This document shows, piece by piece, positions 24,508-33,959 of a stretch of 36,348 bases of DNA (position 1 is its first letter; each line of letters starts with the position of its first letter). The translations under genes were made by a program, and so were the position numbers. Source of the stretch: an uncultured Bacilli bacterium. GTDB taxonomy: Bacteria > Bacillota_I > Bacilli_A > RF39 > UBA660. The DNA is taken from assembly GCA_947628685.1 (NCBI GenBank), contig CANRAT010000003.1, forward strand, positions 1 through 36,348, read 5' to 3'. A model generated the notes under the pieces. That model worked only from the letters and a program-made list of their open reading frames with translations. It had not been told where the DNA came from and did not search any database.

Positions 24508-27420
24508 ATGTTTAAAAGTGAAGCAAAATTATTTTTAAGTGCAAATAACAATGTTAATTCTGCTAAAACTTTAATAAATGAATGTAAAAGATTAATTGTT
24601 GATTTTGATTTGACTGGAGATTCAAATAGTAATGATTTAAAAAATAATATTAATAACTGCAATATAGATTCTCTAGTAGATAAAATTGAAGAAACAAAAG
24701 AAAGTTTAATGAAATTAGACCAAACTTTTGCAAGTGAATATATGACTTTATTGCAAGAATATCTTCAATCACAAACAATAGATACATCAAGCATGACAGA
24801 AGAAGAACAAATGAAATATAGTATACAAATGAATGCTTATGCCAGGGATTATAATCAAAATCTTTTATATATGTTAGAAAGATATGAAGAATCAGGAATG
24901 TTAACGGATGAGATGAAACAGCAACTAGAATATCAAAGAGAACTAGTTGCTCAATACGATATAAAAGATAAAATGGCTGTTTTAGATTCTACAAGTGAGG
25001 AATATATTGATTTATTTAAAAAGAATGCAGAAAGTGATAGAAAATTAATTAATTTAGATCCGAGTTTAACTGAAGAGCAAAAAGTATCGTATTTAAATGC
25101 ATACGAGACGAATTATAATCAGCAATTACAAGCTTTACAAGAAGCAATAGATTATAAATTAAAAAATGATAAATTAGAGAAAGAATTACAGGATTTATAT
25201 AAAGCAAAAGAAGATAATAATGGATTTTTTCACCCATTTGTTGAGAGTGAAATAGAAGAAGCTATTTTAGATAAGAAAATAGAGATAGGTAAGTTTAATC
25301 CAAAGAGTCCATATGCAGCAACAGAGGATGATATAGATTATAAAAATATGAATGGATGGGATAGATTTTGGACAAATACAGGGACATTTTTAACATCAAC
25401 ATTTACAGGCTTATACGACATATCAGAAGGAATTGAAGACGGATTTATTACTTTAGGTAGTGCAGTAGGCATAGTAGATAAAGATTGGGCTACGGAATTT
25501 GTAAGTAAAGATTTATCAGGGGAATTATATCAAGGAATAGTTCTTAATAAAGGAATGAATACAACTTCTGCTTATGGAACTTGGCACGAAGTAGGCGAAG
25601 TATTTGGTGGTTTTGTAGGTAAAGTAGGTATGTCCTTTGCGTGTCCTTGGGTAAATACAGTTATGAGTGGATTAAGCGCAACGGGGCATCAAGCAGAGAT
25701 ATCGTTTAATAATGGTGATGATTATTGGATGGCAGTAGGTAAAAGTTTTATTTCTGGAATTGGAGGAGCAGCAGAAGGATTTGCATACAGTAAGATGAAA
25801 ATGGCATTTCGAGAAATGCGTGGCAAGGGAACTATTAAACAGTTATGGAAACAAGTAATTACAAATGGTGAAACTTTGTCTAAAGAAGGATTAAAACAAG
25901 TAGGTAAAACATTTGGACATTCTTTAATTTCAGCAGCTATAGATCCAGATAGTTTAATTGAATCTGGATGCGTGGTAGCAAATGATTTTATGAATTTTTT
26001 AGCAACTGAAGAATTTAATTTAGAAGAAACTTTGAAAAAAGTAGGCAAAGCATATTTGTATAATTTAGGCATAAAATTTGCAAGTGATTTAGCATTTGGT
26101 TATGAGCCGTTTGGTAAAAAAGTAGATGAACTTGTCAATTCTAATGTAGCAGAACAACATTTTAAAAATAAAAATGCTGACATTTTGTTACAAAATAGCA
26201 ATTTATCAAATATAGATTATGTGGTCGAAATAACAAGCAAAATGGATGAATATAATCAACTATTAGACAATGCATCAGATGATGTAAAATATGCTTTAGA
26301 AGAAGCAAAAAGTGGCCATGCTATTGGTTTTAGTAGTCAGGCAGATGTTGATGTTTATACTAAACTTTCTAAATTACAAAAGGAAATTGGAGATTTACAG
26401 AAACATATTAATTTAAATATAAATACTAATGTTGGTAAGATCGATTCAGCACAACGAGCAAAAATAAAGGGAACTAATATAGATGTTGTATATGCCTATG
26501 ATGAATGTTTAAAACCATATGAAGGTAGAATCTATGAAACATATGGAATGACAAATTTACCAAAAGAGCAAGTCATAGATAACTTGGAAACAATAAAAAA
26601 ATATGACGGTCGTACTATTGGTGATAAACTTGATACTATAAGGAAAAATGAAGGACAATATTCTATTAAATCAGTTACTGCTGAATCAACTGCAATGCAA
26701 ACAATTATTGAAATAAGGCAAAGTTCTGTTCAATCTAAAGTTAGTAAAAGTCATAATAAAATTAGTGTGGTTCAAAAACAAGTGGATGACATGCTTGAAT
26801 TGACAAATTCATCACAATATAAACAATTTAAAACTCCAAAAGAAGCTAGAAAATATTTTAAAAGTGATCTAGAATATTGGGATTCTGCTCAAAAAAGTAT
26901 ATCACTGGATGATCCTAAACATCTTGGCTATGAAGGGATGCGCAAGTATACTGATTCAAAATATATATATATGAATCCATATATGCGAAATATAGGCCCA
27001 CTAAATTCAAAATCTGAAGCATTAATAGGTAATTTAGCAAATACATTAGATGAATTTAAGCTACAAGATGATATAGTTTTTTATAGAGGCGTTGACGAAT
27101 TAAATTGGTTACTTAAAGAAAATAATTTACCTATTGGTTCGGAAAATTTAAAATTATTATCTGGTGGAACTGTTATTGTAAGTGATAATGCATTTATGAG
27201 TGTCACTCCAGTAATGGGCGAAGGATTTACATACAAGAAAATTGTTGAAGTTATAAAAGCGCCAGCTGGAACAAAAGGTTTATTTGTCGATACATTTTCA
27301 TCATGTCCAGATGAGGTTGAATTTCTTATTCAAGCAGGTGAAGGTAATAGAAAAGTTTTGCAGGCAGTTGAAGAAATTGGCGATCAAATATTTGTTTACA
27401 GTGTGATTGTACCTAAATAG
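24508..27420 (+). CDS. T7SS polymorphic toxin with a C-terminal VIP2/C2-like ADP-ribosyltransferase
   Basis: LTG turn near the N-terminus, Gly-rich middle, and C-terminal YT...Y..MN..MR, VFYRG (catalytic R at 27085), AFMSVT, APAGTKGLFV, DEVEFLI (ExE at 27313-27321). Confidence 0.88.
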   Translation: MFKSEAKLFLSANNNVNSAKTLINECKRLIVDFDLTGDSNSNDLKNNINNCNIDSLVDKIEETKESLMKLDQTFASEYMTLLQEYLQSQTIDTSSMTEEEQMKYSIQMNAYARDYNQNLLYMLERYEESGMLTDEMKQQLEYQRELVAQYDIKDKMAVLDSTSEEYIDLFKKNAESDRKLINLDPSLTEEQKVSYLNAYETNYNQQLQALQEAIDYKLKNDKLEKELQDLYKAKEDNNGFFHPFVESEIEEAILDKKIEIGKFNPKSPYAATEDDIDYKNMNGWDRFWTNTGTFLTSTFTGLYDISEGIEDGFITLGSAVGIVDKDWATEFVSKDLSGELYQGIVLNKGMNTTSAYGTWHEVGEVFGGFVGKVGMSFACPWVNTVMSGLSATGHQAEISFNNGDDYWMAVGKSFISGIGGAAEGFAYSKMKMAFREMRGKGTIKQLWKQVITNGETLSKEGLKQVGKTFGHSLISAAIDPDSLIESGCVVANDFMNFLATEEFNLEETLKKVGKAYLYNLGIKFASDLAFGYEPFGKKVDELVNSNVAEQHFKNKNADILLQNSNLSNIDYVVEITSKMDEYNQLLDNASDDVKYALEEAKSGHAIGFSSQADVDVYTKLSKLQKEIGDLQKHINLNINTNVGKIDSAQRAKIKGTNIDVVYAYDECLKPYEGRIYETYGMTNLPKEQVIDNLETIKKYDGRTIGDKLDTIRKNEGQYSIKSVTAESTAMQTIIEIRQSSVQSKVSKSHNKISVVQKQVDDMLELTNSSQYKQFKTPKEARKYFKSDLEYWDSAQKSISLDDPKHLGYEGMRKYTDSKYIYMNPYMRNIGPLNSKSEALIGNLANTLDEFKLQDDIVFYRGVDELNWLLKENNLPIGSENLKLLSGGTVIVSDNAFMSVTPVMGEGFTYKKIVEVIKAPAGTKGLFVDTFSSCPDEVEFLIQAGEGNRKVLQAVEEIGDQIFVYSVIVPK

Positions 27421-27631
27421 AAAGGAGATGTTATGTATAGAAAATAGTAACAATAAATATAATACTGATTTTGGCATAACAAAAATTATGGATGCTACTG
27501 GAAAAGTATTAACTAGAGAAGAACTTATAAAATTAATGAAAATGAAAGAAGAAAATCTTAAAAAGCAAAAAGAATATATAAAAAACAATTTTGATGATGA
27601 AATGTTTGAAAATATTCCCAGGCAAAGATAA
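27407..27631 (+). CDS. Small protein after the toxin, candidate immunity (start uncertain)
   Basis: 74-aa frame overlapping the toxin end. The best RBS (AAGGAG) points to an out-of-frame ATG at 27433. Confidence 0.4.
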   Translation: MYLNRKEMLCIENSNNKYNTDFGITKIMDATGKVLTREELIKLMKMKEENLKKQKEYIKNNFDDEMFENIPRQR

Positions 27632-27702
27632 TAATGAGTAATTATGTCAGATGTTTTGGTACTGAATTTATAATTAAATCTTTTATATTTGGAGGATATG
27701 AT

Positions 27703-28830
27703 ATGACAAATAAAAAAATAATATCAAAATATAAGTCAGAAAAAAGCGAAGAAAAAAATTTATCTTTTAAAGATTTAATTTACTGTTTGAAAAATGAAAA
27801 AACTAATTTATTGAATCAATCACAATATAATGGAAATAAAAGTGAAACTAAAGATTTTAATAACATATTAAATTCCATAGTCGGTTTTACAGTGGGAGAT
27901 GCTTTAGGAGTCCCTGTCGAATTTAAATCAAGACAAAAATTAGAAATCAATCCATTGAAGGAAATGATCGGCTATGGTTTTCATAAAGTACCCGAAGGAA
28001 CTTGGAGCGATGATTCATCAATGATGTTAGCTACTATGGATTCAATAATAGAAAAAAAGGATATAGATTACAATGATATTATGAAAAAGTTTTGTGATTG
28101 GTATGCTGATTCAAAATACACTGCAACAGGGATTACTTTTGATATTGGTATTTCAACAAGTAAGGCATTGCAAAAATTTTATAACGGATTATCTGCTCTT
28201 GAATGTGGAGGTAATGGAGAATATGATAATGGTAATGGTTCTTTAATGCGACTTTTACCTATTGTTTTATATTCATTTTATAATAATTTGAATGAAGAAC
28301 AAGAAATAGAGTTAATAAGCAACAGTTCATCATTAACCCACAATCATGAAATAAGTAAATTGGGGTGTAAAATATATACTGATTTTGTAAAATCATTGTT
28401 GAAAGGTCAAACAAAAGCACAGGCTTTTAATGATATACTTAGCAAAGATTATAGTGAACATTATTCTAATGGAAGCATTAATTATTATAAAAGATTACTG
28501 AATATCAAATTTCCAGAATTAAGTAGTAGTGAAATTAATTCTTCTGGATTTATTGTAGATACGTTAGAAGCAAGTATTTGGTGTTTACTTACAACAAGTT
28601 CGTATGAAAATGCGGTTGTTAAAGCGATAAATTTGGGTAATGATACTGACACGATAGGAGCAATAACTGGTTCAATGGCAGGTATTTTATATGGTTATGA
28701 AAGTATTCCCGAAAGATGGATATCAAAATTAAAAAATAAAGAATATTTGTTTAGTTTAATCAACAAATTTGATGAAACTTTAATTAATTTGAAATATAAT
28801 GAAAACAGTGATGCCAAAAAGAACCTATGA
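27703..28830 (+). CDS. ADP-ribosylglycohydrolase (ARH/DraG family) with an N-terminal extension; candidate immunity
   Basis: VGDALGVPVEF, GTWSDDSSM, FDIGIST, NGNGSLMR, LTHNH, GNDTDTIGAITG; GGAGG RBS before ATG 27703. Confidence 0.93.
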   Translation: MTNKKIISKYKSEKSEEKNLSFKDLIYCLKNEKTNLLNQSQYNGNKSETKDFNNILNSIVGFTVGDALGVPVEFKSRQKLEINPLKEMIGYGFHKVPEGTWSDDSSMMLATMDSIIEKKDIDYNDIMKKFCDWYADSKYTATGITFDIGISTSKALQKFYNGLSALECGGNGEYDNGNGSLMRLLPIVLYSFYNNLNEEQEIELISNSSSLTHNHEISKLGCKIYTDFVKSLLKGQTKAQAFNDILSKDYSEHYSNGSINYYKRLLNIKFPELSSSEINSSGFIVDTLEASIWCLLTTSSYENAVVKAINLGNDTDTIGAITGSMAGILYGYESIPERWISKLKNKEYLFSLINKFDETLINLKYNENSDAKKNL

Positions 28831-29009
28831 GTGAATTTAAGATAGTAAAAGAACATAAAAAAATTTTGATATTAAAATAATTTATTTTGAAATAATATTT
28901 GTTAATTATGAAAAATCGTATATTAATAAAATCCTAAATATTAGTTATAAGAGTTCAATTGAATTTAGAAAAGATTTAATTAAAAATTTAAATAAAAAGG
29001 AGAAATTTT

Positions 29010-29372
29010 ATGAATGAAAAATTTAAAAAGTATTTACCATTAGGAAGTGTAGTATTAATGAAGGGTGGTAAAAAAAGGATTATGGTGACAGGGTATGCGG
29101 TTAAAGCACCAGAATCAGGAGATAGACTTTGGGATTATATAGGTTGCTTATGGCCTGAGGGTATGATAACACCTGATAAAAATCTGCTTTTTGACCACAA
29201 GGATATTCAACAAATATTTGCTATTGGATATTCTGATGATGAACAAAAAAGATTTATGAGTGTATTGGATAAAGCTACTCAATTAAGAGAAGATAGATTA
29301 AATCAAAATAATGTAGTTGTTGATAGTACAAATTCAAACAATAATGGTGATGATACAAATTCAAATGGTTAA
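29010..29372 (+). CDS. DUF4176 family T7SS-associated protein, paralog 2
   Basis: YLPLGSVVLMKGGKKRIMVTG...DYIGCLWPEG...LFDHKDI..I...GYSDDEQ; AAGGAG RBS. Confidence 0.92.
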   Translation: MNEKFKKYLPLGSVVLMKGGKKRIMVTGYAVKAPESGDRLWDYIGCLWPEGMITPDKNLLFDHKDIQQIFAIGYSDDEQKRFMSVLDKATQLREDRLNQNNVVVDSTNSNNNGDDTNSNG

Positions 29373-29383
29373 TAATTAAATTT

Positions 29384-29404
29384 AAAGCAATTATTTGCTT
29401 TTTT
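29384..29404 (+). terminator. Intrinsic terminator
   Basis: AAAGCAA-TTAT-TTGCTTT followed by a T run. Confidence 0.6.
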
Positions 29405-29411
29405 AATTTAT

Positions 29412-29700
29412 TAGGGAAGTGTTTTATAAAAATATAAAAAAGTAAACAAAATACGTTTACAGACATTTGTTTGAATGATATGATGAACATCATAAATGGC
29501 TAAAAGAATTAGATATTTGCTATTTAGAAATAGTTATTTAATTTAGATAATACATTTAAAAGATACGGAGATAAACCAAAATTTGAATCAAAAATAAAAG
29601 TAGAAAATCAGAAAAAATAAATAACATTATAAGTATTTATTAAGGTAAAATATATAACTCAATAAAAATATAATCATATTATCAAAATTAAAATAAGAGA
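29412..29700 (+). mobile_element. Heavily deleted IS200/IS605 tnpB remnant
   Basis: Collinear similarity to 35579-36016 (e.g. TGATATGATGAACAT, TTAGAAATAGT, CATTTAAAAGATAC, ATAAACCAAAATTT, AAAATAAAAGTAGAAAATCA, AAGGTAAAA) with no intact ORF. Confidence 0.8.
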
Positions 29701-29728
29701 TAATAACTTTTATTTTATAATTAATAGC

Positions 29729-29870
29729 TTTTCGTTAGAAAAATCTAATATATAATCAACACTTGTATTATAGAATATTGCAAGTTTATTAAAAATATTT
29801 GCTGGTATATCATTTGTTTTAGTTTCATATTTTGAATAAACTGTTTGAGACATATTAAGCTCATTTGCTA
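29729..29870 (-). pseudogene. XRE regulator remnant
   Basis: Homologous to 16615-16756; the equivalent of 16757-16870 (first codons, RBS and most of the palindrome) is deleted. Confidence 0.88.
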
Positions 29871-29928
29871 GAATATACGTGTTTTGTTACATTCGATTTA
29901 TAAAATTTAAAGAATTTTAAATTTCTTA

Positions 29929-29957
29929 TTGACATAAGTACAAATGTTTGCTATTAT
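29929..29957 (+). promoter_or_regulatory. Sigma-A promoter of the SNF2 gene
   Basis: TTGACA-17 bp-TATTAT with TGn; GAGGTGG RBS downstream. Confidence 0.7.
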
Positions 29958-29982
29958 ATATATGTTTATTTGAGGTGGTTTT

Positions 29983-32900
29983 ATGGATATAGATGAAATG
30001 TTAAAAAAAGAATTAGGAATGGATTCATATACTAAAGGTAAAAATTATTCTAGAAATGTTTATTTAAGTGATGTAAGTAAATCTGGAAAATATCTTTCTT
30101 TTTTCAAATTTTTTGTTCAATCTGAAAGAAACCATGAATACTATACAGTAAATATATTTTTAAATAATGGCGAAATTTTTAGGTATCACTGCACTTGTGA
30201 ACAATTTAATGCATATGATACTTGTAAACATGTTGCAGCATGCTTTATAAAATATAAAAGAGATATATTCCCTAAACCATTAGATGAGTATGATATTTCT
30301 AAAAATATATTAGATTATTTTAGTAAAGATAAGTCTACTAATAATATAAAAGAAAAACTTAATTTAGATGTTGAACTAGATTTTACTCATGGTAAAATAA
30401 TGGCGTATATTTCGATAGGATTAAATAAGACATATGTAATAAAAAGTGAAAGTAAACTTGCTTCATTCCTAAACGCATATAAAAAAGAACAATATAGATT
30501 TGGGGCTAATTTCTTGTATGACCCTAATATACATTACTTATCCATAGAAGATGAAAATATATTAAATTTTTTTACAGGATATGAAAAATCGAATTCTAAT
30601 ATTTATTATTACCACCGTTCTAACAATAATCCATTTGAGTTAAACTTAAGAGAATTTAGAGCTTTCTTAAAATTATTAGATGGTAAAGAATTTAAAATAA
30701 AAGATCATGGAATAATAAAACAAATAAAAGAAGATGTGCCAATAAATTTAAAATTAGATTATAATAATGACCACTATGAACTTTCATTTGATAATGAAAA
30801 TGAGTGCTATGTAATAGATGATGAATATAAATATATTGTTCATAATGAGACTTTTTATATAGTTCCTAAGGATATATCAGAAATTTTAAAATTAAAAAAT
30901 GAATCTAAAGTAGAAAAAATAGTATTTAAAAAAGAAAATACTGAAATGTTTAAAAAGGGTTTATTAAGTAGAATAAAAAATAATTTAAGTATAACTGAAA
31001 ATGTAAAAGATATAATTATTTCTGGTAAACCTACTATATCATATTATTTCGATTTTTCAAAAGATTGCATAACTTGTAAGATTAAATTTGATTATAAAGG
31101 GAATATAATAGATTACTTTGATAAACAAACAAATATTTTAAGAGATGAACAAGCAGAACAAAGTGCTTTGATTGAATTAGTTAATTATAAATTTAAAATA
31201 GGAAGTAATAATATTATTTTGGATAATCTAGAGGATATATGTAACTTTATAGAAAATGGAATACAAGAATTAAATCAAAAATATAGTGTATATACAACGA
31301 AAAAAGTAGATGATATCAAAATAATTAAAAAGAGTAATATAAATTCTAATTTTTCAATTGGTAAAGATGCAATAATGTCTTATAATTTTGACGTAGATAA
31401 TATAGATTTAAATGAACTTGGTAAAGTATTATCTGAGCTAAAACTTAAAAAGAAATATTATAAATTAAAAAATGGAAATATAATTGACTTATATGAAAAT
31501 AAAGAATTAAATGAACTTAATGAAATATTTGACGATTTAGATATAAATAGTAAAAAAATAGAAGAAGGCATTATAGAAATACCTAAATATAGAGCATTTT
31601 ATATAGATAGTTTAAAGAAAAATAAATATAAGTCAATAAATACTGATAATTCATTTAATAAATTTATTAAAAATTTTGAGGAATATAAAAAAGTTAAAAT
31701 AAATTTTGATGAAAAAGACGAAAAGATACTTAGAGATTATCAAAAAGAGGGAGTTAGATGGTTATACACACTTTATAAATGTGATTTAGGTGGAATATTA
31801 GCAGATGAAATGGGTCTAGGTAAAAGTTTACAGACTATATGTTTTATAAAGCAAATTTTAAAAGAGAAAAATGATGCTAAAATAATGATTGTATGTCCAA
31901 CTTCACTGGTATATAACTGGAAAAAGGAGTTTGATAAATTTGCGCCTGAACTAAAATATATAACTGTTGCAGAAAATAAAAAGAAAAGATTAGAAATAAT
32001 AAAAAATATAGATAAATATAACGTATTTATAACATCATATGGTTTAATTAGAAATGATAATGATGAGTATGAAAATGTAAACTTTGAGGTTTGTGTTATA
32101 GATGAAGCGCAAGCGATTAAAAACTATCAGGCAAATATGAGTAAAGAAGTAAAAAAAATTAAGTCTAGAACTAAGATAGCTCTAACTGGAACTCCTTTAG
32201 AAAATTCAGTATTAGAACTATGGAGTATATTTGATTTCATTATGCCTGGTTATTTAAATAATATATCAAAATTTAAAGAAAATTATGGTATTAGTGATAT
32301 TGATTTAAAATCTTTAGAAAGGTTAAAAAAATTAAATTATCAAATAAAACCTTTTATATTAAGAAGAAAGAAAAAGGATGTATCAAAAGAACTTCCAGAT
32401 AAGATAGAAAATAATATATATTTAGAATTACCTGATATTCAAAAGGCTCTTTATTTAAATGTAGTTAAAACAACCAAGGAAGAGATGGATGAATTAATTA
32501 AGACTGAAGGCTGGTCTAAAGCAAGATTTAAAATATTACAGTTACTAACAAAATTAAGACAAATATGTATAGATCCTAGTGTTTTATATGAAGATTATAA
32601 AGGTGAATCAATAAAATTAGAAAAATTACTTGAAATAGTAAAAGATTACATAAAAGAAGGACATAAAATATTAATATTTAGTAGTTTTAAAAGAATATTA
32701 GATAAAGTAAATAAAAAGTTTAATAAGGAAGGAATTAAAAGTTATACCATAAATGGAGATATTGATTCTAAAGATAGAATGAATTTAGTTGAAAGTTTTA
32801 ATACTGATGATACAAATTGTTTTTTAATCACACTGAAAGCTGGAGGTACAGGACTTAATTTAACAAGTGCAGATATAGTAATACATCTAGATATATGGTG

Positions 32901-33138
32901 GAATCCACAAGTTGAAAATCAAGCAACAGATAGAACACATAGAATAGGTCAAAAAAACAAAGTAACAGTTATTAGACTTATAACAAAAGGAACTATCGAA
33001 GAGAGAATAATAGAATTACAGGAAAAGAAGAAAATATTGAGTGACAATTTAATAGAAGGTAAAGCTGACTCTAATACCGTTTCAAATCTAACAGAAAAAG
33101 AGTTAAAAGAATTACTTTCATATGGGGAAAATGAATAA
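29983..33138 (+). CDS. SWIM-zinc-finger SNF2-family helicase/ATPase
   Basis: CTC...CKH (SWIM), LRDYQKEG, LADEMGLGKS, DEAQ, ALTGTPLEN, LKAGGTGLNL, WWNPQVENQATDRTHRIGQ. Confidence 0.96.
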   Translation: MDIDEMLKKELGMDSYTKGKNYSRNVYLSDVSKSGKYLSFFKFFVQSERNHEYYTVNIFLNNGEIFRYHCTCEQFNAYDTCKHVAACFIKYKRDIFPKPLDEYDISKNILDYFSKDKSTNNIKEKLNLDVELDFTHGKIMAYISIGLNKTYVIKSESKLASFLNAYKKEQYRFGANFLYDPNIHYLSIEDENILNFFTGYEKSNSNIYYYHRSNNNPFELNLREFRAFLKLLDGKEFKIKDHGIIKQIKEDVPINLKLDYNNDHYELSFDNENECYVIDDEYKYIVHNETFYIVPKDISEILKLKNESKVEKIVFKKENTEMFKKGLLSRIKNNLSITENVKDIIISGKPTISYYFDFSKDCITCKIKFDYKGNIIDYFDKQTNILRDEQAEQSALIELVNYKFKIGSNNIILDNLEDICNFIENGIQELNQKYSVYTTKKVDDIKIIKKSNINSNFSIGKDAIMSYNFDVDNIDLNELGKVLSELKLKKKYYKLKNGNIIDLYENKELNELNEIFDDLDINSKKIEEGIIEIPKYRAFYIDSLKKNKYKSINTDNSFNKFIKNFEEYKKVKINFDEKDEKILRDYQKEGVRWLYTLYKCDLGGILADEMGLGKSLQTICFIKQILKEKNDAKIMIVCPTSLVYNWKKEFDKFAPELKYITVAENKKKRLEIIKNIDKYNVFITSYGLIRNDNDEYENVNFEVCVIDEAQAIKNYQANMSKEVKKIKSRTKIALTGTPLENSVLELWSIFDFIMPGYLNNISKFKENYGISDIDLKSLERLKKLNYQIKPFILRRKKKDVSKELPDKIENNIYLELPDIQKALYLNVVKTTKEEMDELIKTEGWSKARFKILQLLTKLRQICIDPSVLYEDYKGESIKLEKLLEIVKDYIKEGHKILIFSSFKRILDKVNKKFNKEGIKSYTINGDIDSKDRMNLVESFNTDDTNCFLITLKAGGTGLNLTSADIVIHLDIWWNPQVENQATDRTHRIGQKNKVTVIRLITKGTIEERIIELQEKKKILSDNLIEGKADSNTVSNLTEKELKELLSYGENE

Positions 33139-33267
33139 TATGATGGTATACAATAATTTTGTGAAAAATTATTTAAATAGGAAATGTAAGAGATATACTT
33201 TATTGTATAAACGCAGTTTTCTTTGTAATAAAAATGTATTAAGTAAATAAAATTTAATGGTGATAAT

Positions 33268-33867
33268 ATGCCTATTATTGGAATAATTACAAGAGAATAT
33301 GTAAGTGAAGAAAAACATCCTATTAGTATAATTTATAAGGATATAGAAAAATCTATTATTAAAAATGGTGGTAATACTATTGGAATAACACTAAATAAAG
33401 ATTTTAAAAAAATAATAGATATATGTGATGGAATAATATTCCAAGGTGGTGATATATTTGAAGAATATGATTTAAAAGCACTAAAATATTTATATGATAT
33501 TAATAAACCTGTACTTGGAATATGTTTAGGTATGCAACTTATGGGAGTATTATTTAATGCAGAAATGTTGGATATACCAAATCATAAGAAAAATTTATCA
33601 TATGCACATGATATAAAAATTAAAAAAGAATCTAAACTTTATGAGATATATAAAAGTGATATTATAAAGGTTAATAGTAGACACAAATCAGTTATAAAAA
33701 ATCCTAATTTAAATATAAGTGCGATAAGTGGTGATGGATATATAGAGGCAATAGAAGATTCAAATAAAAAATTTTTTATAGGTGTTGAGTGGCATCCAGA
33801 ATCCATGATAGACTATGATGAAAACCAAAATAAACTGTTTAAATATTTTATAGATTGTTCTAAATAA
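33268..33867 (+). CDS. Class I glutamine amidotransferase, peptidase C26 / gamma-glutamyl-GABA hydrolase family
   Basis: DGIIFQGG, PVLGICLGMQ (catalytic Cys), VNSRH, GVEWHPE. Confidence 0.9.
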   Translation: MPIIGIITREYVSEEKHPISIIYKDIEKSIIKNGGNTIGITLNKDFKKIIDICDGIIFQGGDIFEEYDLKALKYLYDINKPVLGICLGMQLMGVLFNAEMLDIPNHKKNLSYAHDIKIKKESKLYEIYKSDIIKVNSRHKSVIKNPNLNISAISGDGYIEAIEDSNKKFFIGVEWHPESMIDYDENQNKLFKYFIDCSK

Positions 33868-33887
33868 TTTAAAGTTAAAATTTACTC

Positions 33888-33916
33888 TTGATTTATTCTC
33901 AAGTATATTTTATAAT
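33888..33916 (+). promoter_or_regulatory. Sigma-A promoter of rny
   Basis: TTGATT-17 bp-TATAAT. Confidence 0.65.
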
Positions 33917-33959
33917 AATTATAGAGTTTAAAGACTCAAGAAGAAAATGGAGGAGTAAT

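Noticed and set aside
28827-28880. 17-codon ORF overlapping the ARH stop (ATGA)
   Set aside because: It could be the stub of a lost gene, but it is too short and AT-rich to support.
6240-29900. Integrative element or prophage carrying the T7SS cassettes
   Set aside because: No integrase, relaxase, conjugation or phage genes. The FtsK-like ATPases are EssC by architecture and WXG100 context.
1342-33959. Longest-ORF starts at 1342, 4626, 10914, 11967, 16213, 17806, 23385, 24070, 24499, 27634 and 33888
   Set aside because: Downstream starts with properly spaced RBSs fit better, and some of the extensions overlap promoter boxes.
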